This document shows positions 24,702 through 37,153 of a stretch of DNA of 64,000 nucleotides, piece by piece. The translations under genes and the position numbers were made by a program. The notes below the pieces were generated by a model. That model saw only the letters and a program-made list of their open reading frames with translations, ran no database searches and was not told the origin of the DNA. The stretch comes from Octopus vulgaris (Eukaryota): the NCBI GenBank assembly GCA_951406725.2, contig OX597824.1, forward strand, positions 31,620,001-31,684,000, written 5' to 3'. How positions within the stretch are numbered: the stretch's first letter is position 1; each line of letters starts with the position of its first letter.

Positions 24702-26295
24702 TAGCAGAGATACCCGGCGTTGTTCAGGATTAAAATGGTGTAGTTTGAAACAGGTGATACAGGAAAGTGCAGCATTGACGATACAACATTTGTGGAGTAA
24801 AATTTAAAGCTTTTGCAGAAGCAACAATTTCAGTTTAGCTCACCAATTTGGATAGAATTATAATTCTTATAAGAATAGGATGGATCATATCTGAAAGCAG
24901 CACCAGGAGTTGTGAAGAACAAATTTGTATGTGGCCTGTTTCTGAGAGCTATTCTATTGGACCTCTGTGTAATCTGGCATGCTAAATTTTTATTTTAGTT
25001 ATTCAGCATTAAGTGCTGCAGTATACTTTTGTTGATTTTGAGAAAGTCTTAACTCCCTTCTCTCTTGAGATTCCATCTGACGTGCTGCAGCATGGCTTTG
25101 CTGATCTTGAGAAAGTCTCATGTCCCTTATCTTTTGAGTCTCTCGCCTTCAGGCTTTTTTCAATCCTCATTGCTTGATAGGTGTTTCTGGAGAGATTACG
25201 TTCTTTCTTTGGTGGCAAATTTTTTTTTCCAATATCATAAACAAAATATTATGATTATAGAAAAAATATACATTAATCCCTATTTTTGTAAGTAGTTGTA
25301 TGTATGTAGTATGTCTGTATTTTTGTATAAAGTGTAAAGTAACCAAATATAAGCAAATTGAAATACCTTGCAACTGTTGCGATAATTATGAACTGGTAAT
25401 TGAATGGTAGATGTGTATCTTTATATACCTTGGGCGTGCCACCTGATTGTTTTTTGTCAAGAGTTTCGCCTCCAGCCATTCGCATCACATATATATATGC
25501 ATGTGCAGATGTGTGTGTGTTTAATAATGTTCACAACGAACGCATACACCCACACATTCATATACAAAATGTGACGCTATACATACTTACACTCTCACGT
25601 AGTCATATACATATAGTAAGAGAGACACAAGCATACATTCACACATGCCAGTCATCACATATATATATCTGTATGTGTAGATGTGTGTGTATGTCGAATA
25701 ACGTACCTAATGCGGAAACACAAGTCACAGAGACATACTCATACACCCACACACATACACACTCATATACAAAATGTGACGTTGTCATATTATAAAATGT
25801 CCTTTACTATCTCGTACGTATCGAACACGCAAACACCCACACACAGACACTCATGCAAAAAGTGATGTTGCCGAACGCGGAAGCACACATACACATTAAT
25901 ACACACACATAAACAAAATGTGACGTCGTCATCATCGTGGTATAAAATATCTTGTACTATATTTGACTATAGAAAGATTATCTATAAAATGTTACATTGT
26001 TTTAATTGAAATGATACTCATATCATACCCCATGAGTCTTATCACATTAGGATTAAAAATGAAAGAATAAAAGCGAAACAATATTCACTTATAACACATA
26101 ATACCAAACCAGTGTAAAAGATTGCTCCGGGCCCGCATTAAGTAAGAAGTTAAAAGTTTTTTCGTCCATGACACTCCATGAACCCTAAGTAATACATGTG
26201 TAAAATTTGAATGAAATTGGTTGGGTACTTCTCGAGTTTTAGGGATTCACACATACAGATAGACAGATATACATTCTCAGTATTATATAGATAGA
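24701..26295 (-). mobile_element. Helitron-derived element; paralogue at 55253-~58531 hosts the Tc1 insertion
   Basis: Minus strand TCTATCTATATAAT start and gcaacgccgggtatctctgCTAG-type end; internal CA/TA-rich repeats; basic MPPKKERNLSRNT fragment. Confidence 0.6.
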
Positions 26296-26779
26296 TCTGT
26301 GTGTAGTCTGATCAGTAAGTATCCAGATTGTTGCCATAGTAACGAAACTAAAGCACACAGAGTGAAGTCACTTGGCACATCGACCTTGAACTCTGATGTG
26401 CATGTACACATACACACACGCGCGCACACAAACATTCACATACCTTCCATTTACATACACAGAGTTGAAACGCTTCCACTACCAGTTTGCCTTTACCTCT
26501 TCCTTCTTTATTCATCTATCACCCCTTCCTTTTTCATTCATACGTTGTGATGGAGAAAAACACAAGAGTATTATTATAGTAGATTATCTTTCTCGTATCT
26601 CGTATCTCCGCAGCATCTTTGGTTACTATGGAAAAAGAGTTTTTCCACACGGCGATGTGTAAAATACTTGCTTCTGATTGGCTAAAATACCCAAATTTTA
26701 AAGGCTAACCACTTTTTAGTTATGGATTTATAGGAAAAATTAATTTCGTTTTCATAATTAGTATACAAAACTTAATCCA

Positions 26780-27720
26780 TATATCAAATTAGAAAACAAT
26801 TGGAACAAAATTGTAGATAGTAACGAAAACCACAAAGATCCAAGTTTTGTTTATACTCCTTAATGGTGATAAAGGCATTCCTCTTAGCTAATACTTCTAC
26901 CCTATCGGGTATATGTAGATTGTTGGGTAACTGTTTGGCTTCAATGTTAATGTTGATGTATGTGTGTGGGGAAACGCGTCCATATTTCTGCGTTATGTTG
27001 TCTTCTAAAAGTTCTATCGTATGTGCTTGTATCAACCTTATAAAGTTTTTTTAGTTTTATCGGAAAAGAGTAAGGACCTGACAGAGATTTTTAGCAGTCG
27101 TAAGTCAGAGCGGAGTTTGATCTGAAATGAGTAAGGGCCTTACCGAATCTCAACTTTGGGATGATACCCAGTAGGTCTGCTTCGAAGGTTTCGCGGTCTT
27201 TGATTCTAGATGGGAACCTCCAGCACTTAATACCGTACGCGCTGGCTTCTGAGAATGGCGTGCGTTGATTGTAGAAGTATGCCTTCCATCTCATCCGTCC
27301 TATGAGGTTGATAATCTTTTCGAGCAGCATTTTTTTGTAAAGTTCGTTTGATGGTGTTGGTATATTTGTTGTCGAATAATCGAGATCGTATAACTCCATA
27401 GTACCCATGAGACAGTAGCCTTCGTGATTATGCAGAGGTGCTCAGCCAACGGTACTGCGCTAGAGCACAAACCACCTGGCGCCCTTTTGTAAATTGCTCC
27501 GCAACCGAGGTGCGTTATGAATATTCAGTTGTTCATATATCCGAAAAAGAAGCACACGCTAAAGCATTAAATCAGTAATATATTTTTTAGGAAGTTAAAT
27601 GTTATCTTACTTCAGTTGTAGAGAAGTTATGCGCCATCGGCCATTTGAATCTGACGAGTCACCTATACTGCTGAGCTCTTTATAGATGAGAAACCAATGA
27701 CCGACCATAACATTATATAT
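26780..27720 (-). mobile_element. Penelope-like retroelement 5' ORF remnant; paralogue at ~59085-59970
   Basis: YSTTNIPTPS, RMRWKAYFY, FEADL and AFITIKEYKQN resemble the N-terminal pre-RT region of PLE ORFs (from recall). Confidence 0.65.
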
Positions 27721-28089
27721 ATATAAACGGTCCCAATCACGAGTCACTTTTAGGTCACTTGACCATTTAACATCCAACTACTATCATACCACTCCTGCGT
27801 TATTCTTCTCCTTCTTCTTCTCTGCCAAGAATTCACAACGATCTCGAACCCACAAGAGAGACAGAGACAGGCAGAAACAAGGAAAATGCCCCTTGTATTT
27901 GAATACTATGCAAATATTCTTTTTAAACAACTTTTCATTTAATTTTTCCAAAATTTAATTGTTTTCCATGCTTACAGTTGAAGTAGCCTCAGTGATTGAA
28001 ACCAGTACTAAAATGTTTCTTATAAAATTATTTCAGTATTTTCTACCTTGACTCAAATCTTATCTCTTTGACTGAACTACAGTCCTAGA

Positions 28090-28760
28090 TCAAACATACA
28101 CCGAGGAAGAGCGCCGGGCAGCTAGAATGTCGTCAGGCGCTCACACTCCTCTGACACTCAGGTAATGCGGTCGGTGGAAGTTCCATTATGGCTTTCTATA
28201 GAAGGTTAGTGGCGGGTAAGTGCGACGACGTTCTTGGAGAGATTCTGGGCGTAGACAAGAATGAGCTGACTGGTCTGTTCTGGGGACTTTTCGGGCTGGG
28301 GCCAATGGATAATTTCCAGAAAGTCTTGGCCTGGCAGTGCTACTGGAAGGAGCTGTCTGTTCGAGATAAACTCTACTGTCACAAGTGCAGTCAGCCGGGC
28401 TTGCCCGAGATGCGTGCAGGGTGACGAAACCGTTCTGCACGCTATCGTCCAGTGCCCGAGTATTTCTGACTTGTGGGTTTATGTCGAACAGCAGGTGTTT
28501 GACATTAACCCACCTTTTCACTTGAAAAGGAAAATTATGTTGGAGAGGGAAGTTCTTCCCCCCAGCAATTTTGTTAAAAGGTGGGTGAACGTCGCAAGAA
28601 TGGTCCGAGTGAATAGGCCTACTCTAAGCATACGCCTGTAAACAAAGTGGAAAGGGCACTTACCCTGGTGATCAGGAATGTTGTAGACTCATGGGGCTTT
28701 CACAAGTAATCCTAGGAGGGCTCCCTCTTTTGGGGAAGTTTGTTATATTCGATTGTTTTT
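28090..28760 (+). mobile_element. L1/Tx1-like LINE ORF2 C-terminal remnant; paralogue at ~61710-62380
   Basis: LAWQCY..L.VRDKL and a CPRC..GDETVLHAIVQCP zinc knuckle; frameshifted. Confidence 0.75.
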
Positions 28761-29488
28761 GATTTAATTGTTTACAAGACTTTATCACTAGTTCTGTTTA
28801 CTAAAAGTGGCCCACTTGGCACCGTGCATTGTATTTTTCCTGTGTTGTTCATAAAAGGGTATACATAAGTATACCCTTAATTGTTAATAAAGAAATCATC
28901 ATCATCATCTTCATCATCTTCATCATCCACATCATCATTTCTACTCTTCCTCAATAACAGGAATAAAGAAAACTATGACTCCACTTCAGTTTCTTACGAA
29001 ACAGAACTGATTCACTTATCATTTTACACTCAACAATTTCGCTTTATTACATCGCTTGATGCTTACATCAACAATTTAAGCCTATTTCTTCTCTCGACCA
29101 AAGTGAAAGAAAATCGAGAGTATACTCTAAATAGTTGTTTAGTGGTAATCTGTAATTGAGGATTGGTTGGTGCTACTTAATTTCCTTGGAACAATCCCAT
29201 CTTGTATCGGAAGTAAACACATCACGTTAGATATCACTGCTTCCATTGAACAATGAGAAAAAATGTAACTGTTGTCTACGTCAATAAAACACTTGTATAT
29301 TACAAATGCTAAATTTCACAACATTCTTCAACCATAAGCTCATAAAAGTATCGTTCTCTCTTTGCTTCTTCTGTTGTACAACAACAACCTCTTCTCATCG
29401 GAACTATCTGCACACACTCAGGTCTCACATGAATCATTTCACCCAGTTTTTCTTCCTCAGATTGCAATCACACAGGGTGAGGACCTGC

Positions 29489-29896
29489 GTGATTGCAATC
29501 AGAAACGTTAGCACGCCGGGCGAAATTCTTTGCGGTATTTCGTCTGCCGCTACGTTCTGAGTTCAAATTCCACCGAGGTCGACTTTGCCTTTCATCCTTT
29601 CGGGGTCGATTAAATAAGTTACACACTGAGGTCAATATAATCGACTTAATCCGTTTGCCTATCCTTGTTTGTCCTCTCTGTGTTTAGCCCCGTGTGGGTA
29701 GTAGAGAAATAGGTATTTCGTCTGTCGTTACGTTCTGAGTTCAAATTCCGCCGAAGTCGACTTTGCCTTTCATCCTTTCGGGGTCGATAAATTAAGTACC
29801 AGTTACGCACTGGGGTCGATTTAATCGATTTAATCCGTTTGTCTGTCCTTGTTTGTCCCCCTCTACGTTTAGCCCCTTGTGGGCAATAAAGAAACA
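29489..29896 (+). mobile_element. SINE with internal duplication and 15-bp TSD AGGGTGAGGACCTGC; paralogue at ~63187-63577
   Basis: B-box gttcaaattcc; central gcctttcatcctttcggggtcgataa domain (resembles the Meta-SINE core, from recall); TSD at 29474-29488 and 29897-29911. Confidence 0.85.
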
Positions 29897-30019
29897 AGGG
29901 TGAGGACCTGCCTGCAAAGATCATGGTCACTTTCGGTCTTTCTAACTTTTAAATGAATAAAAATAATCTACATATTCATCACTGTTAAATAAGTTTTATT
30001 TGTAACCAGATCAGAGACA

Positions 30020-31035
30020 GGTTGTTGTACCACACCTGCTCACTGTTTAGGAAGCACTGGAAATGTTGTAAGATCAGCACATGTCTGCGCATCAAAGCCA
30101 CGACATGCCCAGTCCTCCATTTAGCAAATGGAACGCCTGACCAGTGGAACGCGTCCCTTCCACAGAAAGCGGAAAAGTAGGTGCTCCAGTTTGGTCGGAC
30201 TCGAACCTGGACAAGTCAGGACAGTGAGACGGTAGTAGATGATGGATGCGATGTAAGCATTCGCCACCTCCACCCGAACTTTCAGGGAACACTTCCTCAC
30301 AGCCCATTTCTGAGTGAGATTGGCAACTCAGCTCGTCACTTTGTCCCAATTTCTTCTCCATCTGGAGATCTGGACCAGAACCAGACCCCAAGCAATTTAA
30401 GTCGCTGGCCCACTGACTTCTGGTTAATTTTTGCTCCTGTCAACGCCTCGTATTTTTTAGAGCGATGCCGACCAGGTCCATGTGCTTGATGTTCAACATT
30501 ATGACGATGACGTCGTTCGCGTATGCCGACACAGTTCCCCCACGTCCTAGTTCGCGCAGAATGCCTCTCAACGCTTCCAATTTCCGCGCTAGTGTCTCTA
30601 GAACCAGTACATACAAGAGAGACGAGAGAGGATACTCTTGACTGATCGAGTGCATAATGCTGAATGATTCTGATAAGTACCCATTTACCCGAACTATCGA
30701 GCAGATGACACTGTACATTGCTGCGATACAGCCACGGAAAACGGGACCGAAACCGGCTGCCGTGAGAACGGACGTCAAGTATTGGTGGTCGACCCTATCA
30801 AAGTCTTTAAACTGATCTAAACTGATCAACACCCTACCCATGCCACCTTCATTCCCCACCCTGTCTATAATGTGTCGCATGAGATGGAGGTTGTCGTGGA
30901 TGGATCTGCTTGGGATAGTGCATATTTGCACATCGACGACAAGCGCCAAACTCTTCGTTGACACCTTGGCCAACATTTTGAAGTCTGTGTTCAGCAGCGT
31001 TATGGGCCGAAAAAGTACTATTTGATCCCCCTTGA
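30020..31035 (-). mobile_element. L1/Tx1-like LINE reverse transcriptase remnant (partial paralogue at 63700-64000)
   Basis: RPITLLNTDFK, LDQFKDFDRVDH, Q(E)YPLS.LLY, YANDV (decayed YADD), GGLGM. Confidence 0.85.
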
Positions 31036-31046
31036 GAACGCTAGTA

Positions 31047-32410
31047 CTAAATTAAAATGACTGGAGCAGGCACAAGAAAGCAAAGATGGGCCACCGATCG
31101 CAAACAACAAGATGTGGTACAAAATATGATACAAAATGTGATAAGTTGAGAAAAATAATTACAAGCAATATGAAAGGAGCATGCACAAAATATTTTTTTT
31201 ACAAAGTTCAATGGCAAGGCATTGGAATTGTTCAGCACACGAGAAAACAATTGTCTGTCACAGGAAGAAAAAAGAAAAGGGTTAAATATAAATAGTTCTG
31301 GTGAGTTTTTTGGCCAGTGCACAGTGCGACCTGTCCTGGTGACATAGGGTTTGTTCGTGTTAGGTTGTGGCGACGAAGGTGGAGGTGGAGGTGATGGTGT
31401 GGTCAAAAGTGCACGTGCAGGTGGATGTGTAGGTGGTTGTAAAGGATCAAAGGTGGGCATGGCTGGGGTGTCACCAAAGGGTGTGGAAACCTCAGAATGT
31501 GCCCTTCTAAGTCTGTCGACTGACACGGTCTCTGCCCGACCATTGATGTCGAGACTAAAAGCTTTGAGTGTGCGCGATAGCACACGAAATGGTCCTTTAT
31601 AAGGAGAAACGAGAGGTCCTCTAACAGAACCATCCCGAACAAAAACATCAGTCCATTTGTCAATGTCCGGTGAGAGGTGAGAGGGAATAGACTGGCCACG
31701 CAGATGCATGGGTGGAAGACTTGAGAAATATGAGCGAAGTCTGGTGACATACGACATTGTATCAGGATGCAATGAATTGTCTGGCGCCAACATTGTATCA
31801 GGGAGTGCCAGGATGGTACCGTAAAGGCGTTCAGCAGAGGAGAAACCTAAGACTGTTTTAACAGCAGTGCGACAACCAAGAAGAACGATAGGCAGGAATT
31901 CTGTCCAAGACTGCGAATCAGGAGTGGCGCGTAGAGCGGCCTTCGGTTGCCTGTGAAAACGTTCGACCATCCGTTGGAAGCTGGATGATAGCTGGTCGTA
32001 CGAATGTGACGAACGCCTAGGATTCGTGACAATTCACGAACTAAAGAAGCTCCGAACCGGCGTCCACGATTAGTGGTTATTTAAGCTGGGATACTAAAGC
32101 GAGCAATCCAGTTAGAAACGAAAATTCGAGCAACTGACTCAGCCGAAATGGCCACTATTGGATTGGCTTCAGGCCAACGAGAGAAACGATCGACGCATGT
32201 CAATATGTAAGAGAAACCGCGACTGACAGGCCATGGTCCAACACTGCACTGTTCGTGAACTACTTCACCATGGATGAACAGCGAATGTACAACCTGCGAG
32301 AACTCCTGTACCAAGTGACTCAGGCAGCAGCATCACAGCCACAACTTCACGTACATGTACTGCAACCGGCTCTGCATCATTGCCGCAACTTCTTGATACA
32401 GTATTTCAAC
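31047..32410 (-). mobile_element. Ty3/Gypsy LTR retrotransposon integrase remnant
   Basis: LTCVDRFSRWPEA, TTSYHPASNG/MVERFHRQ, and the PYKGPFRV GPY/F motif; frameshifted; LTRs not identified. Confidence 0.85.
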
Positions 32411-33685
32411 TATCGTGTACAATTGACTACGAACTGTTATTTATCATTCTTGTATTTATGAACTTACTACTGACTTCGATGGCTACAGACTCTTTCAATA
32501 TCTCTTCTTCATCGCCATCCTTATATATTCTGAACACGCATACGTCTATGCTTACATACACACGCATACATTTTATTCTTATATATGACGCACTTTATAT
32601 GATACATTTTATTCTGTATATATGACGCACACAATCACACATGTTACCATATCCAGTTCGTGGCCAAGGCTTGGTTCTGCGTTACCAGTATAGTGCTCTT
32701 GGTCTCTTTATTCAGGGTTCCTTTCAACAATATAAACAGACAATTCTGTAGTTATGACAAAATTGTTGGTCAGCAAGGCTCTCTGAATACGCTGTCAAGA
32801 CGGGGGAAATATCATGTTAAATTCACGATAGCCAAACTGTTGCTGCTGTTTGGTCGATTGAATAAGTTCAATGTCGATAAAGCGAATGTGGTTTTTATGG
32901 TGGTGATTTCCCACATTCTCAGATTTAACGCCTAAACTTGTCCGGCAGATCACGTAAAAACGTTGTGGCTAAGCTGTGACTTATAATTGGCTGTTTGGAG
33001 ATTCGGTTTCAATTCTCTGATACAAACAGAAAAAGTGGCTGGCAAGTCATTCGAGATTTCCTTCATTTCTAAAATATCAACTCACTAGGCGCTTCAATGT
33101 TTGTTTATAAAAAATATATTCTAGTTAATCCATCTTCGGCGATCGTTAGCTTGAGGCATTCTTTCATTTTCAGTTCCTCATTTCCTATTTATGTCTCTAC
33201 AGCGAAAGATCACTATGTATTTTTACTTGTTGAATATGTGGGGAAGACATTTATCATAACCTTTGTAGGTCCTCCAAGAGCAATGAATTTAATGCTATAA
33301 ATGCTCCGTTTAAATAGCGGCAGGTCAACTCTTGCAGGAAAGATATGAACATGAAGATTTCGTGGGGATGACGTTCTAGGAAGGAAAGGTTAGGTATAAC
33401 GTTTAGTGTGGGGCTGGGGAAACTGGACATGCCAAAATTAAGGGAAAAGGCAGCTGGAACCGGGATATCTAAGCGCTTCAGGTACGAGACCATCCAACTC
33501 ACAGAAACAGAGGCTGTTATGGTAATGATAAGAGGCGGTGAGCAGGTAGAATTGTTAGAACATTGAGCATAATGCTTAGCAGTATTTCGTCCAGAGGAAC
33601 AGAAGGGGATACGAGGCGTTACATTACCTAATAACCATAAGGTGTTGCACAGAAAGTCGACATTATAGAAATGTATATATATCAC

Positions 33686-33743
<58 letters not shown>

Positions 33744-33763
33744 GGATGGATGGATGGATGGAT
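33686..33763. repeat. (GATA)n(GA)n(GGAT)n compound microsatellite
   Basis: Direct observation. Confidence 0.9.
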
Positions 33764-33812
33764 AGCGCACCCTCTGTGACGTCAATATTTCAAATGGAAT
33801 GATTCAATATAT

Positions 33813-34560
33813 GTTAGTTAGTTAGTTAGTTAGTTAATTTGGCTCAAAAGCAAATAGCAAGGCCATGTAGGGGGACATGGAGTTAAGTACAGGGTGGTGT
33901 TCATGTAAAGAGTTCAGGCCACTTGAGGTCCAGGGAGGCTTTGAACAAAGCGGTCGTCGGCATCTTCACCATCTCGTCTGGCAGCTTGTTCCACGGATCC
34001 GCAACCCGGACGGAGAAAGCTCCTCTCCTTCGATTGAGATGAAATCGTCGCAGGTAGAGCTTTTCGGAATGACCCCGCAGCCGACGCTCTGGAGCAGGAG
34101 TGAAGAACAGCTCTTTCGAGAGGTTACACTTTCCGCTTATGATGTTGTGGGCGAGAATGAGATCACCACGGCGGCGGCGTTTTTCAAGAGAATAAAGGTC
34201 GAGCGTCCTCAGCCTTTCTTCGTAGGACAAATTTTTGAGACCATGAACCATGCGGGTAGCCAGCTTCTGGACTCTTTCGAGATGCTGTATGTCTTTGAGG
34301 AGATAAGGAGAAGAGGCTTGAATCCCATACTCCAATATGGGTCTCACCAGCGTGACATAGAGTGGTAGGAATATGGCTGCTGTGAGCATTCCGAATGACC
34401 GTCGAATCAAGAACAGAATTCCGCGTGCTTTGTTGGCAGCATGGACGCACTGGGCCGAAGGCGAAAAGGAGGAATCCACCAAGATACCCAGGTCCTTTAC
34501 CTGATCGGTCCTCTCCAGCAGCAGACGACCCGGCTCGAAATCAAGTTGAGTTGCAACATG
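33813..34560 (-). mobile_element. Young 5'-truncated CR1/L2-group LINE with (TAAC)n tail
   Basis: Uninterrupted ~215-codon ORF2 C-terminus (KDLGILVD, LY.TLVRPILEY, LERVQ..ATR, YEERL..L.LYSLEKRRRRGDL, WNKLP), short 3' UTR, gttagttag repeat at 33813-33836. Confidence 0.9.
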
Positions 34561-34629
34561 TTGTTTGCTATTGAAGTATGTTAACGAACGTATTAAAAAT
34601 ATAGATAAAAGAATAAGGATTGTCAAACA

Positions 34630-34800
34630 TTTCCCTACAGACGACTTAAGATTTTAATTTGACGCAGCAATTTGATTTGTTGATTTCTATCCACGTAATT
34701 GAGATAATACTGGAGTCACACAAAAATTTTCTCAAATAGTGCGAAGCTCGCGATCATTGAGGAGCTACCTCTTTTACACACTAATTATATACAGGTAATA
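34630..34800 (+). promoter_or_regulatory. Putative promoter plus non-coding first exon of copy B (donor CAG|gtaata at 34795)
   Basis: Diverged homologue of 7900-8098 at the equivalent position upstream of copy B. Confidence 0.5.
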
Positions 34801-34860
34801 AGATTTATTAATTATTAGTAACACACAAATATAATGTAAATGCGATGATAATTTATGTGC

Positions 34861-34900
<40 letters not shown>

Positions 34901-34909
34901 AATATGAAT

Positions 34910-36580
34910 ATGAAGAATATGAAGACTGGTATATCCTCAAAAATTTTTTCCTTTTGTTTTACAATGTCATACAACATATTTTTATGGTTACGGCGGTCTA
35001 AATGTGTTTCCATTGTACATAGTATGGGTCGTTGCATATGCAACCGAGCATGACTTTCTGCACAGCTTCGTTCATAGTCTTTTAATCAGCTTGGCTCGAA
35101 GCGGTGGTCTAAAAAGCTTTATCTTCATGCACAAGCATCCCGTCCTTCTTCTTGAGTTCCTTCACAGGTGTGTGCAGTTTCCGAAGATGTTGGTTCTTCC
35201 TCAAGGAGAATTTGCGGAATTTGATGTATTTAACTATGCTTCGCAGGTCATTTTCGAATCCAACCAGTTGCGGACTTGGTGATACTCGTAGGTGTTTCCG
35301 TGTTTTGAACAAATGCTGCGTTTTCTCATCATTCTTGATGTTGCTTATCCTTTCTTCTTCCCGGTCGAGATAGTATGCTCGCCTCCTCATGCGATGTATA
35401 AAGGAATTGGTTTTATGGCAATCTTTCGTCTCTAGTAGACCTTTCCGTCGATTTCCGTAAAAAAAATTTTTTTTTACATATGGGCTTGCGGGAACTTTTG
35501 AAGTAATGAGAGCGAAAGAGACTAAGAGAAAGCGATTGTATGACGAGGGAAGTTCTTTTGAAGTTACCGTGCATGTGAAGCATTGATGTACATGTGTGTG
35601 CGTGTGTGTGTTTGATGGGGTGTGGGAGACAGACAGTATGTTGTGTAAGTGAAGCGCTTCTGTTAGTGTGTGTGAAAGAAAGAGATAACTGAAATTTTTT
35701 ACTCGGTGTATGTGTATATGTATGTATATTACTTCAAAAGTTCCCGCAAGCCCATATGTAAAAAAAAAAATTTTTTTACGGAAATCGACGGAAAGGTCTA
35801 CTAGAGACGAAAGATCGCCGGTTTTATCGATGAGATCTTTTATTATATTCCTTTTTAGAGGGCAACAAGATATCTTTTAGAAATGTATTGATGTTCATCT
35901 TCTCCATATTTTGGCATGCCGCCTTAGCCGCTCGTTGAATTATCATTGATGTGAGTTTAGAGAAATATATTATCTGGGAGGGTATCATGTTCCAGGTTAT
36001 GATTAACCGCATCGGTTGGTATTTAACGTCTATGACAGCTAGGAGTTGTCGCTTAAGCTGTAAATTCCTTTGATGAATAATTCCGTGTTCGCTTCACTAG
36101 ATGGTAAAATTATCTGGAGTGTATATTTGCAATAATTATAACGATAGAGAATATAAAGACAGGTACATCCTCAAAATTGATTTCCTCTTAATTTACAATT
36201 CATACAACATATTTTTATAGTTACGACAACCTAGACGTCTTTCTACTGCACATATGCAATCGAGCCAAGCTGGTGAAAGACCCTGAACGAAGTTGCACAG
36301 GAAATTATGCCCGGTTGCATATGATGCAGCTGCTCATTCTATGTGCAGTGGAAACACGTCTGAATCGTCGTAACCATAAAAATACGTTGTGTGAACTGTA
36401 AATCAAAAGGAAACAAATTTTGAGGATGTACCAGCCTTCATACTCCCGCTCTGTCGTTATAATTATTGCAAATATAAGACTTATGAGCGACAAAGCATCC
36501 CTGAAATGATCTAGCATTCATAGACGTTAAATACCAATCGATGCGGTTAGCCGTAACCGGGAACATAACTGAGAACTACC
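34910..36580 (-). mobile_element. Penelope-like element with direct and inverted pseudo-LTR-like repeats
   Basis: MRRRAYY, GFENDL..VK.IKFRK and PSKKEY fragments; 34915-35050 repeats directly at 36150-36265 and inverted at 36308-36470. Confidence 0.65.
35417..35819. mobile_element. 403-bp MITE with ~90-bp near-perfect TIRs and 8-bp TSD GGTTTTAT (Merlin-like GG..CC termini), nested in the Penelope remnant
   Basis: ggcaatctttcgtctctagtagacctttcc... vs ...ggaaaggtctactagagacgaaagatcgcc; TSD at 35409-35416 and 35820-35827. Confidence 0.9.
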
Positions 36581-36617
36581 ACGCTATCCTCTCAGATAAT
36601 CTCCCTCTAAACTCACA

Positions 36618-37063
<446 letters not shown>

Positions 37064-37068
37064 TGAGT

Positions 37069-37102
<34 letters not shown>

Positions 37103-37106
37103 ACAT

Positions 37107-37153
<47 letters not shown>

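Larger units (their letters stand above)
8974..30320 (+). repeat. Segmental direct duplication, copy A (right boundary not determinable)
   Basis: Colinear near-identity with 37176-64000, starting at agtacccagtctccgtctaccaaattc. The window end of B (tgagtgagat) matches position 30320. Confidence 0.97.

Noticed and set aside
27974-28010. Second hammerhead-like string (ttgaagtagcc...gaaaccagta)
   Set aside because: The CUGANGA core is broken and the stems are too short to support a call.
32640-33660. Possible LTR or further LINE remnant beside the Gypsy integrase
   Set aside because: No paired LTR, TG..CA ends or recognisable protein motif could be established by eye.
33877-34368. 163-aa + strand ORF
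   Set aside because: Antisense shadow of the LINE ORF2.
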